64,000 nucleotides of DNA from Candidatus Oxydemutatoraceae bacterium (GCA_965218975.1 OZ244717.1:1952001-2016000), one strand, 5' to 3'; numbered from the stretch's first letter, positions 46,453 to 57,213 are shown. The notes: generated from the sequence alone by a model not told the origin. Translations and numbers: made by a program.

Positions 46453-46842
46453 CTGGCACCTCTTACGCGGCACTTTGCCGCGATCATGCAAGGCGCTGAG
46501 GCCAGTGCGGCGATAACGCCGGCGCCAGCGGTACAAAGTACTGCGACCGATCTTGAATGCGTTCGGGAGTTACAACCCTCCCAAAATAATAGGGCATCAT
46601 ATTTCTGTTGAGCTGTTGTGTTCATAATAGCCTCTATATAGCCTCTATTTTTGAAGCAAAATTGGCTCATATAGAAACCTTTGATGCGGTGGCCGATGTG
46701 CTGATATTGCATATCGGTTACCTTTTTGAGTCGTGCCGTGAATCCCACATGTATCTGGCACTGTACACTGGATAAAAATGGGCTAAAATTAAGGTTTTAA
46801 TCCGGTTATCCGTACATTTCCGGAGATCAGATTGGATGGAAT

Positions 46843-47538
46843 ATGAGAATTCAGCATGTAAATCCGAGCACTACCCCGATGCAGAGACAAGCCAATCTGG
46901 TCTTATTCGACTTAGACAATACTCTGTTGGATGGCGATAGTGACTACGAATGGGGGATATTTCTCTGCAATCATCAATTAGTGGATGCGGATGAGTACCG
47001 GAAACAAAACGCGATCTTTTACTCGGAATATTCCTCAGGAAATCTTGATATTCATGATTATCTACGGTTTGTTCTGAAAACTTTTACACAGCATTCGAAA
47101 GAACAATTATTGGAATGGCGAAAACAATTTGTCAATGAGGTTATTGAACCCTTAATCTCACCGGCAAATAAAGCTCTAGTGAGCCGGCACAAAGAAAACG
47201 GTGATATAACAGTAATTATTACTGCGACTAATCAATTTATCACAGAGCCTATCGCAGAAATCTTTGGCGTTGACGATTTGATCGCGACAGAACTGGAAAT
47301 AGTCAATGGGCAGTTTACCGGCCATCCGCAAGGAACGCCCTGCTTCAAAGACGGTAAAGTCATTTGCTTCAAACAATGGCTAAAACGAGTCCGAACACAG
47401 TTTAGGCAACTCTGGTTTTACAGCGACTCAATAAATGATCTGCCTTTACTTGAATACGCGGACAAACCAATTATAAAAAATGGCGAGGCGGATATCGTTG
47501 CGATTGCCAAGCAACGTAATTGGTCTGTCCTGAGATAA
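46843..47538 (+). CDS. HAD-IB hydrolase (SerB-like / histidinol-phosphatase-like); start may be 46879
   Basis: FDLDNTLLDGDSD, ITATN, YSDSINDLPLL. Confidence 0.88.
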   Translation: MRIQHVNPSTTPMQRQANLVLFDLDNTLLDGDSDYEWGIFLCNHQLVDADEYRKQNAIFYSEYSSGNLDIHDYLRFVLKTFTQHSKEQLLEWRKQFVNEVIEPLISPANKALVSRHKENGDITVIITATNQFITEPIAEIFGVDDLIATELEIVNGQFTGHPQGTPCFKDGKVICFKQWLKRVRTQFRQLWFYSDSINDLPLLEYADKPIIKNGEADIVAIAKQRNWSVLR

Positions 47539-47791
47539 CACCATTATTAAGAAAATCTCCTATTTAATATATAAAAAGAACTCAAGTGGCTATCTGTGGA
47601 AAACGAGGCAAAGGTTTTTTGTCTTTGACAGAAATTCTTCGGGCAAAACATGACGGATTTCATTAAACATTGATTTGCTCTTAAAAAACTGTCGTACTGA
47701 ACAATATCGTTTAGACACGATATACCACCAAGAATTAATCGAATTAATTATCCCGATATCGGACATAACCCATAAAAAAAACAGGAAGCTA

Positions 47792-48727
47792 TCAACAGAA
47801 ATCATAGCCAAATGCTTTATTGAACTGCGTAAAAAAATCTTCTTGCAAGAAAAAATGATGTTGCGTTCCTTTGCAGCTTACTTTGATCGCACCCATCAGG
47901 GAGGCAATTCGTCCGGTCGTTTCCCAATCCAAATCTGCAAGTAGACCATATATCAAGCCGGCACGATAAGCATCGCCGCAACCGGTGGGGTCCACTACCG
48001 CCGTCGGCGTTGCCGGTGGAATCTCCACTTTTTTCCCTTCTATATAAATTGCTGACCCTTTGCTACCATAAGTAACAAATACTGCCCTTACCCGTGTCGA
48101 TAGCTGCGTTAAAGGTAAACCTGTTACTTTCATAATTACATTAGATTCATAGTCATTGCATGCCAGCCAATCGGCGCCCGCAATCAGCGTATCCATCTCA
48201 ACGGGATCAAATAGCGAAACCCCTTGTCCCGGATCAAATATGTAAGGAATTTTAGCATCTCTAAGTTGTCGGGCATGAAGCAACATCCCTTGGCGCGCTT
48301 CAGGAGAAACTAACCCGATACGGATGCCCACATCAGTCGGCACATCCACCAAATGACAATACTTCATCGCACCGGTATGAAATGCGGTAATCTGATTGTT
48401 GTCCAGATCGGTCACAATGAAGCTACATGCCGTAAATTCATCATTGATTTGTTTAACATACTTACGACAAATTAACCGTCGATCCAGCCATCGTGCATAC
48501 TCGCTGAAATCTTTACCGACAGTCCCCATCGGATATGCTTCTATCCCCAATAAATTAAGATTATAGGCAATATTTCCCGCACATCCGCCAAATCCTCGGT
48601 GCATTTCCGGAACTAGAAAAGAAACGTTTAAAATGTGTGATTTTTCCGCGACAATATGGTCCTTAAACTGGCCCGGAAAAACCATAATATTGTCGAATGC
48701 CAATGAACCGCAAATCAGTACAGACAT
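47792..48727 (-). CDS. PfkB-family carbohydrate/nucleoside kinase
   Basis: GGCAGNIAY, FDPGQ, DPTGCGDAYRAG. Confidence 0.9.
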   Translation of the reverse strand: MSVLICGSLAFDNIMVFPGQFKDHIVAEKSHILNVSFLVPEMHRGFGGCAGNIAYNLNLLGIEAYPMGTVGKDFSEYARWLDRRLICRKYVKQINDEFTACSFIVTDLDNNQITAFHTGAMKYCHLVDVPTDVGIRIGLVSPEARQGMLLHARQLRDAKIPYIFDPGQGVSLFDPVEMDTLIAGADWLACNDYESNVIMKVTGLPLTQLSTRVRAVFVTYGSKGSAIYIEGKKVEIPPATPTAVVDPTGCGDAYRAGLIYGLLADLDWETTGRIASLMGAIKVSCKGTQHHFFLQEDFFTQFNKAFGYDFC

Positions 48728-48732
48728 CGCCC

Positions 48733-48921
48733 TTACTCTTCATCAAGCTCAACCATATCAAAGTCAGTTTTGCCTGCACCGCAATCCGGACATACCCATG
48801 TATCGGGGATATCCTCCCAATAAGTGCCCGGTGCAATTCCTTCGTCAGGAAGGCCTTGCTCTTCATCATACACCCAGCCGCAAACCAGGCATACATATTT
48901 GTGATATTTACGAGTTTCCAT
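48733..48921 (-). CDS. rubredoxin
   Basis: [28 protein letters not shown]. Confidence 0.95.
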   Translation of the reverse strand: METRKYHKYVCLVCGWVYDEEQGLPDEGIAPGTYWEDIPDTWVCPDCGAGKTDFDMVELDEE

Positions 48922-48935
48922 GCCTCGATTTAATT

Positions 48936-49568
48936 ATGCTCTTATCGGGTCTCTACATCATTGCCGACACTTCTTTCCCCGTGTTACAGCCATTCACTGA
49001 AAAAGCGGTTTCCAATCTACTCCAGCCTGGCGTAAAGTTGCTGCAATACCGTGACAAGCATTTATCTATGCGGGAGCGCAAGAAACACGCAACCGTACTC
49101 CGATCTTGTTGTAGGGAACATAGTATACCACTGATTATTAATGATGACATCTACCTAGCGCAAGAAGCCGATGCCGATGGAGTACATCTTGGCAAATTCG
49201 ATATGCCGGTTGCGCAAGCGCGTTTATTACTAGGTAAAGAAAAAATTATCGGGGCATCTTGCTATCAATCATTGAAGCGAGCGCAAGCGGCGCAAAACGA
49301 TGGCGCCGACTATGTCGCATTCGGTGCGGTATTTCCTTCCTCGACCAAACCCGAAGCAAAAGAAATCTCACTCTCAACAGTTACAAAGTACCAATGCCAT
49401 CTAAACTTGCCTATTTGCGCAATCGGCGGCATCACATCCGTTAACATTGCCAAAGTCTTCAATACGGGCATTGATATGGTAGCGATTGCAAGCGATATTC
49501 TTGCAGCGCCCGATCCAATCCGGCAAATAAATCTATGCCTGGAAGCGATTAAAAAGATGGAAAATTAA
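48936..49568 (+). CDS. thiE: thiamine-phosphate synthase
   Basis: QYRDK, IINDD, GVHLG, GASC, FPSSTK, AIGGI; ATG at 48936. Confidence 0.93.
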   Translation: MLLSGLYIIADTSFPVLQPFTEKAVSNLLQPGVKLLQYRDKHLSMRERKKHATVLRSCCREHSIPLIINDDIYLAQEADADGVHLGKFDMPVAQARLLLGKEKIIGASCYQSLKRAQAAQNDGADYVAFGAVFPSSTKPEAKEISLSTVTKYQCHLNLPICAIGGITSVNIAKVFNTGIDMVAIASDILAAPDPIRQINLCLEAIKKMEN

Positions 49569-50389
49569 TGGCGATACGCTTGTACCGCGGCTATGACTTC
49601 CAATGTTTGGCGATGTTCAAATATGTCATGGACTCGAAAAATATGCACTCCCGCGGCCAAACCGATTGCTGTCGTTGCGCAACTTCCGGCAACTCGTTTT
49701 TTGGGGTCCGACGACTGATAAATAGAATCAATAAAACGTTTGCGGCTAGCGCCTATCAAAACAGGAAAACCAATCTCAACGATACGCTTGAGATTGGCCA
49801 ACAGCAGCAAATTATGTTTCAATGTCTTGCCGAAACCGATACCCGGGTCCAGAATAATCCGGTTGGCTGTGATTCCAAATTGTATCGCAGCCTTGGCACG
49901 TTCGCGTAGAAAATCGCACACTTCAACCACGACATCATCGTAGTGGGGGCGATCCTGCATCGTCTGCGGATTATTCTGCATATGCATTAAACAAATCGGC
50001 GCTTCTCTATCCGCGACAAGACGCAAAATCTCAATATCATCACGCCCTGCGGAAATGTCATTGATCATTTCGGCGCCAGCATCAAATGCGGCAGTCGCGA
50101 CTTCACATAGTGTCGTATCGACACTAATCAATGTGTCGGGCAATGCCGTTGAAATCGCTTTAATAACCGATACGACACGCCTTTTCTGCTCAGTTGCCGA
50201 TACTCGCTTCGCCCCGGGGCGCGTTGACTCCCCGCCGACATCAATGATATCGGCTCCTTGCCGAACTAACTTGATTGCATGCGCCACGGCACTTTCATCA
50301 TTAATATAATCGCCGTCATCGGAGAAACTATCCGGAGTCAAATTTAAGATCCCCATCAAACGAGGTTTAGAAAAATCGAGTGAATTCAT
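49565..50389 (-). CDS. folP: dihydropteroate synthase
   Basis: LNLTPDSFSD, GGESTRPG, DPGIGFGK, SRKRF, RVHD. Confidence 0.96.
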   Translation of the reverse strand: MNSLDFSKPRLMGILNLTPDSFSDDGDYINDESAVAHAIKLVRQGADIIDVGGESTRPGAKRVSATEQKRRVVSVIKAISTALPDTLISVDTTLCEVATAAFDAGAEMINDISAGRDDIEILRLVADREAPICLMHMQNNPQTMQDRPHYDDVVVEVCDFLRERAKAAIQFGITANRIILDPGIGFGKTLKHNLLLLANLKRIVEIGFPVLIGASRKRFIDSIYQSSDPKKRVAGSCATTAIGLAAGVHIFRVHDIFEHRQTLEVIAAVQAYRH

Positions 50390-51309
50390 CTGGGGCGTTG
50401 ATACTCGACAACCGTGTCGCCGATATCGAATGCCATCAAATCACGACCCACTTTCACCGGAACTCTGTGTCCTTTGGAAACTCTTTGCAATAATTCCTCA
50501 TCCGACGCATCGAAGACAATTTTGTGTGTGAGAACGACTTGCTTCGGCTTTGCTGCTGCTAAGATAATTGCCAAATCTTCGGGATGGGTGTGATAATGCA
50601 AAATATCTCGTAAGCGCGGATTATTTTTTTTTAAAGATTCGTTAATTAAAGCAACCTCATGGATTAGTAAATCGGCGTCGACAGCATGTTTCAGCACTGC
50701 CGGCGAATATCGAGTGTCGCCTGAAATAACCACCGATCGCCCGGCATATTCAATCCGAAATCCGAACGCATGTTTGACCGGTTGATGATTGACCGAGAAA
50801 GCAATAACTTTGAGTCCGTCACGCTCATAAATAATCCCGCCGGAGATTTCATATACTTGATAAGTAATTCCTTCAGGAGGTAGCTTACTGTAATCTTTGC
50901 GTAATTGAATATCAACCTCATAAGCGCGGGTTAAATAATCAAGATGCGCCGAAATTCCAACCGGCCCCCATACCTCCAACGGTTTTTTGCGCTGAAATTC
51001 CCAGCCGGACAACATCAAATCCGGTAATCCGATCAGATGGTCATAATGTAAATGTGTGATAAAGATTTTTGTCACTTCAGGGAAAGGAATATATAACTGA
51101 TAAATGCGTTGCGCTACACCTCGCCCGGCATCAAATACCAACTTTTGATTTCCCGCTTCAACCAATACCGCAGGTCCGAAACGTTCCACCTCAGGCTGAG
51201 GCATTCCGGTACCGAGCAAAGTAACGCTTAAAATCTGCGCCGTAAGCACTGTGGGAAAGATACAGAACAACAACGCCATAGTTCCATAAAGAAACAAATA
51301 TTTCTTCAT
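50386..51309 (-). CDS. MBL-fold hydrolase (RNase Z/arylsulfatase-like) with predicted signal peptide
   Basis: LLGTG, DAG, THLHYDH, SGDT, HEV, HT, LTH; hydrophobic N-terminus. Confidence 0.85.
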   Translation of the reverse strand: MKKYLFLYGTMALLFCIFPTVLTAQILSVTLLGTGMPQPEVERFGPAVLVEAGNQKLVFDAGRGVAQRIYQLYIPFPEVTKIFITHLHYDHLIGLPDLMLSGWEFQRKKPLEVWGPVGISAHLDYLTRAYEVDIQLRKDYSKLPPEGITYQVYEISGGIIYERDGLKVIAFSVNHQPVKHAFGFRIEYAGRSVVISGDTRYSPAVLKHAVDADLLIHEVALINESLKKNNPRLRDILHYHTHPEDLAIILAAAKPKQVVLTHKIVFDASDEELLQRVSKGHRVPVKVGRDLMAFDIGDTVVEYQRPR

Positions 51310-53105
51310 TGCTGTACTTTCAGCATTGAAAGAAACGCTTCTTGCGGAACATCAACTTTACCTAATCTTTTCATGCGTTTTTTCCCAGCCTTTTGTTTTT
51401 CCAAAAGTTTACGCTTGCGTGTAACGTCACCGCCATAACACTTTGCAGTGACATTTTTTCTCAATGCTTTTACCGTAGCGCGTGAAACAACCTGTGAACC
51501 AATTGCCGCTTGGATTGCAACGTCAAACATCTGCCGCGGAATTAGGTCTTTCATTTTCTCAACAAGGTCTCTTCCTAGCGCATGTACTTTATCACGATGA
51601 ATAACTGCAGCGAGCGCGTCCACCGTATCGCCGTTGATTAAAATATCCAATTTGACCAACGATGCGCTCTGGTAATCCGATAAACGGTAATCAAACGAAG
51701 CGTAGCCGCGAGTTACAGAATTGAGCCGATCAAAAAAATCAAAAACCACTTCATTCAGAGGTAATTCAAATTCAATTGCGACTTGCCTTCCGGTATATCG
51801 AATCTTCTTTTGTTGCCCTCTCTTGGAAATGCACAATTGAATCACACTGCCAAGATAATCCTTTGGGAGCAAAATCGAGGCCTCTATCATCGGTTCATAG
51901 ACTTCCGCCAACACGCCGGCCGCCGGAAAATCCGACGGGCTATGCACTTCAACCTCTTCACCGGATCGCGTCACTACCCGATACACCACCGTCGGGGCAG
52001 TAGTAATCAAGCTCAATCCATACTCCCGCTCAAGTCGTTCCCGAATAATTTCCATGTGCAAAATCCCTAAAAAGCCGCAGCGAAAACCCAAACCTAAAGT
52101 TTGCGAAGACTCCGGCATGTAATGCAGCGACGCATCGTTCAAACTCAATTTATCCAATGCATCACGCAGGGAAGCATATTGATTGACATCAGTGGGGAAA
52201 ACTCCAGCAAACACCCGAGGCTTCACCGCTTTAAATCCCGGTAGTGGTATCTGCGCCGGGACTGTAGCTGAGGTCAGCGTATCGCCGACCCGCATCGCAT
52301 GTATATCCTTTACTCCGGTAATCACAAACCCCACCTCGCCCGTTTCAAGCACTTGCTTCTCAAGCCGGTCCGGAGTAAAAATACCGACTGCTTCAGCCGC
52401 ATAAACTTCGCCGCTTGAAATCAATTGTATCTTTTCTCCTGAAATAATTCGGCCATCAAATACCCTCACCAAAGCAACTATGCCGATATAATTGTCAAAC
52501 CAAGAATCAATTATCAATGCGCGCAACGGTTGATCTATACTACCCCGCGGAAAAGGCACTTGCGTCACAATATTTTCTAGCAATTGAGAAACTCCCGCAC
52601 CTGTTTTTGCACTGATCGCAACTGCCGCGGAAGCATCAATTCCAATAATATTTTCAATCTCACGCTTTACTCGCTCCGGATCGGCGGCAGGCAAGTCGGT
52701 TTTATTCAGTACCGAAATAATTTCAAGCCCTTGATCAATTGCCGCATAGCAGTTTGCCACGCTTTGCGCTTCGACTCCTTGCACTGCATCAACGACTAAC
52801 AAAGCTGCTTCACAAGCAGACAAGGAACGTGAAACCTCATAACCGAAATCAACATGCCCGGGAGTATCAATGATATTGAATTGATATTCTTGACCATCTT
52901 TTTGATAACGTAGCGAAACAGATTGCGCTTTGATGGTAATGCCCCGTTCGCGCTCAATATCCATGGAATCTAAGACTTGAGATTCCATCCTCCTTTCACT
53001 CAATCCGTTACACAGTTGAATAAAACGATCGGCTAAAGTCGATTTGCCATGATCAATATGTGCAATAATGGCAAAATTACGGATGTGTTGCATGGATAGT
53101 TGCAA
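51306..53105 (-). CDS. lepA: elongation factor 4
   Basis: [27 protein letters not shown]. Confidence 0.97.
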   Translation of the reverse strand: MQLSMQHIRNFAIIAHIDHGKSTLADRFIQLCNGLSERRMESQVLDSMDIERERGITIKAQSVSLRYQKDGQEYQFNIIDTPGHVDFGYEVSRSLSACEAALLVVDAVQGVEAQSVANCYAAIDQGLEIISVLNKTDLPAADPERVKREIENIIGIDASAAVAISAKTGAGVSQLLENIVTQVPFPRGSIDQPLRALIIDSWFDNYIGIVALVRVFDGRIISGEKIQLISSGEVYAAEAVGIFTPDRLEKQVLETGEVGFVITGVKDIHAMRVGDTLTSATVPAQIPLPGFKAVKPRVFAGVFPTDVNQYASLRDALDKLSLNDASLHYMPESSQTLGLGFRCGFLGILHMEIIRERLEREYGLSLITTAPTVVYRVVTRSGEEVEVHSPSDFPAAGVLAEVYEPMIEASILLPKDYLGSVIQLCISKRGQQKKIRYTGRQVAIEFELPLNEVVFDFFDRLNSVTRGYASFDYRLSDYQSASLVKLDILINGDTVDALAAVIHRDKVHALGRDLVEKMKDLIPRQMFDVAIQAAIGSQVVSRATVKALRKNVTAKCYGGDVTRKRKLLEKQKAGKKRMKRLGKVDVPQEAFLSMLKVQQ

Positions 53106-53133
53106 AAAATTTAGAGGATGCAGCTACTCTTCA

Positions 53134-54549
53134 TTAAGGAATTTTAATTGCCAAAAAACGCGTCATACCATCGCGCATGATTAAAACAGTAAGAAATTTC
53201 CCTCTGGGTAAATCTTCAACAATGTCAACAAACTCGCCAAGGTCATCAAACTTGCGATTATCGATTGACTGTATCAAATCGCCCGACCGTATGCCCGCCC
53301 TGTATGCGATACCGTTTACCGTAACTTTTTTAACCCTCAATACCGTATCTTCAATCTCCATCCGCTCATATTCCTCCTTGATCAATTCCTCTACAATCAT
53401 TCCTAAATCTTCCAACTCCGCAAGTCTATCTTCCTTCGGAAATTGTGAATCTTGCGAGGATTCTTCTTCTGACGGCAGTACGCCAACCTCCAAGGAAAGC
53501 TTAATGACTTCCCCGCCGCGCAAAACCGAAACCGATACTTTTTTACCGGGTTTAGTCCGTCCGACAATCGGCGGCAATTCGCCGACGCGTGTAATCGTAT
53601 GACCATCAAATTCCAATACCACATCGCCAACTTTCATATCGGATTCTATCGCCGGGCTATCGGGCAACATGCCGGAAATCAAAGCACCCTGAGGCTTATC
53701 CATACCTAATGATTCGGAAAGTTCTCGGGTAATCTCCTGAATATAAACCCCAAGCCATCCGCGTGTCACAAGCCCGTCGGTTTTCAATTGATCAATCACA
53801 TGAACCGCCAACTCAATCGGAATTGCAAACGATAACCCCATAAATCCGCCGGTTCGGCTGTAGATATGCGAGTTGATTGCGACAACTTCGCCTTGCATAT
53901 CGAATAAAGGTCCTCCGGAATTACCCGGATTAACCGCAACATCGGTTTGGATAAAAGAAATGTAGTTTTCAGAAGGTAAAGTTCTGCCGATTGCACTGAC
54001 AATACCGGCGGTAACCGAATGCTCAAAACCAAACGGAGAGCCGATTGCCATCACCCATTGACCGACTTTTAGCTTTTCCGAAGAACCGATCTTGATGACC
54101 GGCAAGTTATCAGCATCTACTTTTAGCAGCGCAATATCCGCTTGTTTATCCAATCCGATGACCTCCGCAGGTAGTTCACGACGGTCACTTAGCTTTACAA
54201 GAATTTCCTGTGCTTGATCCACTACATGCGCATTGGTCACGACATAACCATCCGAAGAAAAAATAAATCCCGAACCAACCGTCTGGGTATCAAAAGGCGG
54301 CGGCACGCTTTCTCCATGTTCTTCAAAAAACTTTTTCAAAAAATCAGACCACGGACTATCTTCTGGAATCGGCCAATTCGGTAGAACCGGAATACCATTT
54401 TTACCGGATGCCTTCGGAACAATACTAACATTCACTACCGCATCCGAGATTTGAGTAACAAGATCGGAAAAATCCGGCAGATTGCGTGCCATACTTTCGA
54501 CCGGAATATACAGCAGGCAAATCAATGAAAGAAATAAGCGAAATTTCAT
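53134..54549 (-). CDS. mucD: HtrA/Do serine protease (MucD/DegP-like)
   Basis: TNAHVV, GNSGGPL, two PDZ domains; between rseC and lepA. Confidence 0.9.
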   Translation of the reverse strand: MKFRLFLSLICLLYIPVESMARNLPDFSDLVTQISDAVVNVSIVPKASGKNGIPVLPNWPIPEDSPWSDFLKKFFEEHGESVPPPFDTQTVGSGFIFSSDGYVVTNAHVVDQAQEILVKLSDRRELPAEVIGLDKQADIALLKVDADNLPVIKIGSSEKLKVGQWVMAIGSPFGFEHSVTAGIVSAIGRTLPSENYISFIQTDVAVNPGNSGGPLFDMQGEVVAINSHIYSRTGGFMGLSFAIPIELAVHVIDQLKTDGLVTRGWLGVYIQEITRELSESLGMDKPQGALISGMLPDSPAIESDMKVGDVVLEFDGHTITRVGELPPIVGRTKPGKKVSVSVLRGGEVIKLSLEVGVLPSEEESSQDSQFPKEDRLAELEDLGMIVEELIKEEYERMEIEDTVLRVKKVTVNGIAYRAGIRSGDLIQSIDNRKFDDLGEFVDIVEDLPRGKFLTVLIMRDGMTRFLAIKIP

Positions 54550-54975
54550 TTAGGAGCACTCCTTTGTCAAAGCAAATCGATCGCTTAAACACTTCATTCT
54601 GCCCGCAGCATAAACTTGACACAAAAATAGCATAGCGAACCCGATTGCAGCACAAATCATATCGCTATACCCTGCGAACATTGCTCCCAAACTACCGGCA
54701 AATAGCGCAAATAATGGCAGACCATAGCAATAAAATGCCATACCAATCAAAGTAGGTTCGGAGACTATTATGGTTGCTTCTTGCGGAACTTGCGCGCTAC
54801 AGGATATCGAATAGCTTATTTTATTCAATGCATTCGGAATGGAATAGTTTGGGGGCATGAAAATTTTTTGTGATAATGCGCACTGATTTTTGCAGACCGC
54901 ACAATCCGATGCTATAGAACAAAACTGAATAGCCTCCGGAGTGTATTGAATGATTTGGACACGTTTCTGAATCAT
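54550..54975 (-). CDS. rseC: RseC/MucC-family protein (divergent)
   Basis: CxxCxxxC, YGLPL, two TM segments; upstream of mucD. Confidence 0.7.
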   Translation of the reverse strand: MIQKRVQIIQYTPEAIQFCSIASDCAVCKNQCALSQKIFMPPNYSIPNALNKISYSISCSAQVPQEATIIVSEPTLIGMAFYCYGLPLFALFAGSLGAMFAGYSDMICAAIGFAMLFLCQVYAAGRMKCLSDRFALTKECS

Positions 54976-55042
54976 GAATTAGTACTTACATTAAAATACA
55001 GATAATAACCTAAAACCGAAGTGATAAGAGAAAAAGAAACAG

Positions 55043-56653
55043 ATGAGTACAATAACTAAATTCGGTAGTTCCGCAGAGTATCAATTTGACGTTTTAATCA
55101 TCGGTTGCGGCGCTGCAGGGCTTAGTTTAGCGCTTAAACTACCCGACACGCTGTCAATCGGCCTGTGCGTTAAAGGAGACCTGAAGCAAAGCAGCACATA
55201 CTTAGCACAAGGCGGCATTTCCGCGGTTGTCAGCGATGAAGATTCGCTTGAATCGCATATCGACGACACCATCAATACCGGCGCCGGTTTATGCGATCCT
55301 AAAGTGGTTGCAGCGGTAATTAGTCAAGCGCCATCCACAATTGATTGGCTATGCAAAATCGGAGTGCCTTTTACAACATCACAGGACCAATCCGCCACAC
55401 TGCATCTGCATCAAGAAGGGGGGCACAGCCGAAGGCGCATTGTGCATAGCTATGACCGAACCGGCAAAGCAGTACAAACAGCTTTATATGATTGTGTAGG
55501 TAAAAAAAATAATATCCGCATCATCAATAATCATATTGCCGTCGATTTAGTATTAAATGAAAAAAATGTTTGCGTCGGCGCCTATCTATTCAACTCTGTT
55601 GAACGACAAGTAGAATCGGCGATTGCTCGTATTGTCGTTCTTGCAACCGGCGGCGCGGGCAAAACATATTTATACACGAGCAATTCCGACGGGGCGTCGG
55701 GTGATGGAATCGCAATGGCATGGCGGGCCGGCTGCCGTATCGCTAATATGGAATTCATGCAGTTTCATCCGACTTGCCTCTACCACCAGAAAGCAAAATC
55801 TTTCTTGATCAGTGAGGCATTGCGTGGGGAAGGAGCAAAGCTTCTATTGCCGAACGGCGAGAAATTTGTGCATAAGTTTGACTCACGCGGTGAAACAGCG
55901 CCACGCGACATTGTCGCACGTGCAATCGACTTTGAAATGAAACGACTTGGGCTAAACTATGTTCTCTTAGATATCTCTCACAAAACAAAAGTTTTTCTAA
56001 CCGAACACTTCCCCGCCATTTACCGCCGTTGTCTTAAATTCGGTTATGACCTTGCTAAAGAGGCAATTCCGATAGTGCCCGCAGTACACTATACCTGTGG
56101 CGGCATTATGACTGACCTTACCGGACACACCGATGTTAAAAATTTATATGCGATCGGTGAGACTGCGCATACCGGTTTGCATGGAGCAAACCGAATGGCT
56201 AGTAATTCTCTGCTGGAATGTATTGTTTTTGCGCAATTTGCCGCAGAGTCAATTGCTCACAATATTAATCGGACAAAAACAGCCGGCAATTTCGTCGCCT
56301 GGGATGAAAGTCGCGTTACCTCATCTGAGGAAGAGATAATGATCACACAAAACTGGTCTGAACTCAGACAAATCATGTGGAACTACGTTGGCATTGTACG
56401 CACGCAACAACGCTTAACCCGAGCCCGGCAACGAATCGAATTGCTGCATGCCGAGGTCAACGAATATTATAAAAATTTTCGTCTTAATAAAAACTTAATT
56501 GAACTAAGAAACTTGTGCTTGGTTGCAAGCTTGATCGTTCAATCGGCACTGTCCCGGCATGAAAGCAGAGGATTGCACTATGTCAAAGACTACCCCAATC
56601 TCAACTCGGAACTAAACGGTATTATCACAATATTGAAACCACCTGCTCGCTAA
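55043..56653 (+). CDS. nadB: L-aspartate oxidase
   Basis: AQGGI, EGGHS, QFHPT, HYTCGG, GLHGANRMASNSLLE. Confidence 0.96.
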   Translation: MSTITKFGSSAEYQFDVLIIGCGAAGLSLALKLPDTLSIGLCVKGDLKQSSTYLAQGGISAVVSDEDSLESHIDDTINTGAGLCDPKVVAAVISQAPSTIDWLCKIGVPFTTSQDQSATLHLHQEGGHSRRRIVHSYDRTGKAVQTALYDCVGKKNNIRIINNHIAVDLVLNEKNVCVGAYLFNSVERQVESAIARIVVLATGGAGKTYLYTSNSDGASGDGIAMAWRAGCRIANMEFMQFHPTCLYHQKAKSFLISEALRGEGAKLLLPNGEKFVHKFDSRGETAPRDIVARAIDFEMKRLGLNYVLLDISHKTKVFLTEHFPAIYRRCLKFGYDLAKEAIPIVPAVHYTCGGIMTDLTGHTDVKNLYAIGETAHTGLHGANRMASNSLLECIVFAQFAAESIAHNINRTKTAGNFVAWDESRVTSSEEEIMITQNWSELRQIMWNYVGIVRTQQRLTRARQRIELLHAEVNEYYKNFRLNKNLIELRNLCLVASLIVQSALSRHESRGLHYVKDYPNLNSELNGIITILKPPAR

Positions 56654-56655
56654 AA

Positions 56656-57213
56656 TCAATCCGATAACCGACGCTTTAGAAAGTGTTCCCGGTAATATTT
56701 CAGTTCGGCAATCGAATCGCGAATGTCATCCAAGGAACGATGCTTGCTTTTTTTGCTGACTTGCAATTCCGGCATCCAGCGTTTTACCAACTCTTTCAGA
56801 GTACTAATATCTAAATTTCGATAATGAAAAAACCTTTCCAGATTCGGCATCAAACGTGCTAAAAATCGGCGATCTTGACAGATACTGTTACCGCACATCG
56901 GCGATTTCATAGGCAATACATAGGAATTTAAAAATTCCAGCGCATGTCGTTCGGCTTGCTGACAATCCAACACACTCTCACGTACCTGCGCAAGCAAACC
57001 GGATTGGGTGTGATGGGATTTATTCCATTCATCCATCCGACCTAAAACGTCGTCCGTTTGATAAATCACAAAAGATGGGCTCTCTGCTACAATTTCAAGC
57101 GCATTATTCGTTACAATTAACCCCACTTCTAAAATGACATCGTTGACCGTATCAAGTCCCGTCATTTCCAAGTCTATCCAAGCAAGGTTATTTTCAATAT
57201 TATTGCGCTGCAT
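56656..57213 (-). CDS. orn: oligoribonuclease
   Basis: [28 protein letters not shown]. Confidence 0.96.
   Translation of the reverse strand: MQRNNIENNLAWIDLEMTGLDTVNDVILEVGLIVTNNALEIVAESPSFVIYQTDDVLGRMDEWNKSHHTQSGLLAQVRESVLDCQQAERHALEFLNSYVLPMKSPMCGNSICQDRRFLARLMPNLERFFHYRNLDISTLKELVKRWMPELQVSKKSKHRSLDDIRDSIAELKYYREHFLKRRLSD

Larger units (their letters stand above)
45073..46767 (-). mobile_element. Defective IS481-family element (locus 2): nearly whole transposase cut into five collinear pieces by five inserts
   Basis: Ends TGTACGATGCCA.. and TGTACAGTGCCA..; pieces in order N-term HTH / QAYPNLG / PCPS..ALDTIV..FLRLA / LTDGGSEF..NAHIERFNRT..AFNDRL / RPHAG..; flanks ATGCT vs CTGGA (no TSD). 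Confidence 0.88.

Noticed and set aside
45073-46767. Diversity-generating retroelement TR/VR pairs
   Set aside because: Differences between copies are not adenine-specific, and there is no RT or target gene in the window.
47539-47944. Short ORFs in the AT-rich gap between the HAD and PfkB genes
   Set aside because: No motif and both overlap the PfkB gene; cannot be supported as genes.
48633-48935. N-terminal extension of ThiE
   Set aside because: It is antisense to rubredoxin and the PfkB start; ThiE similarity begins at ATG 48936.
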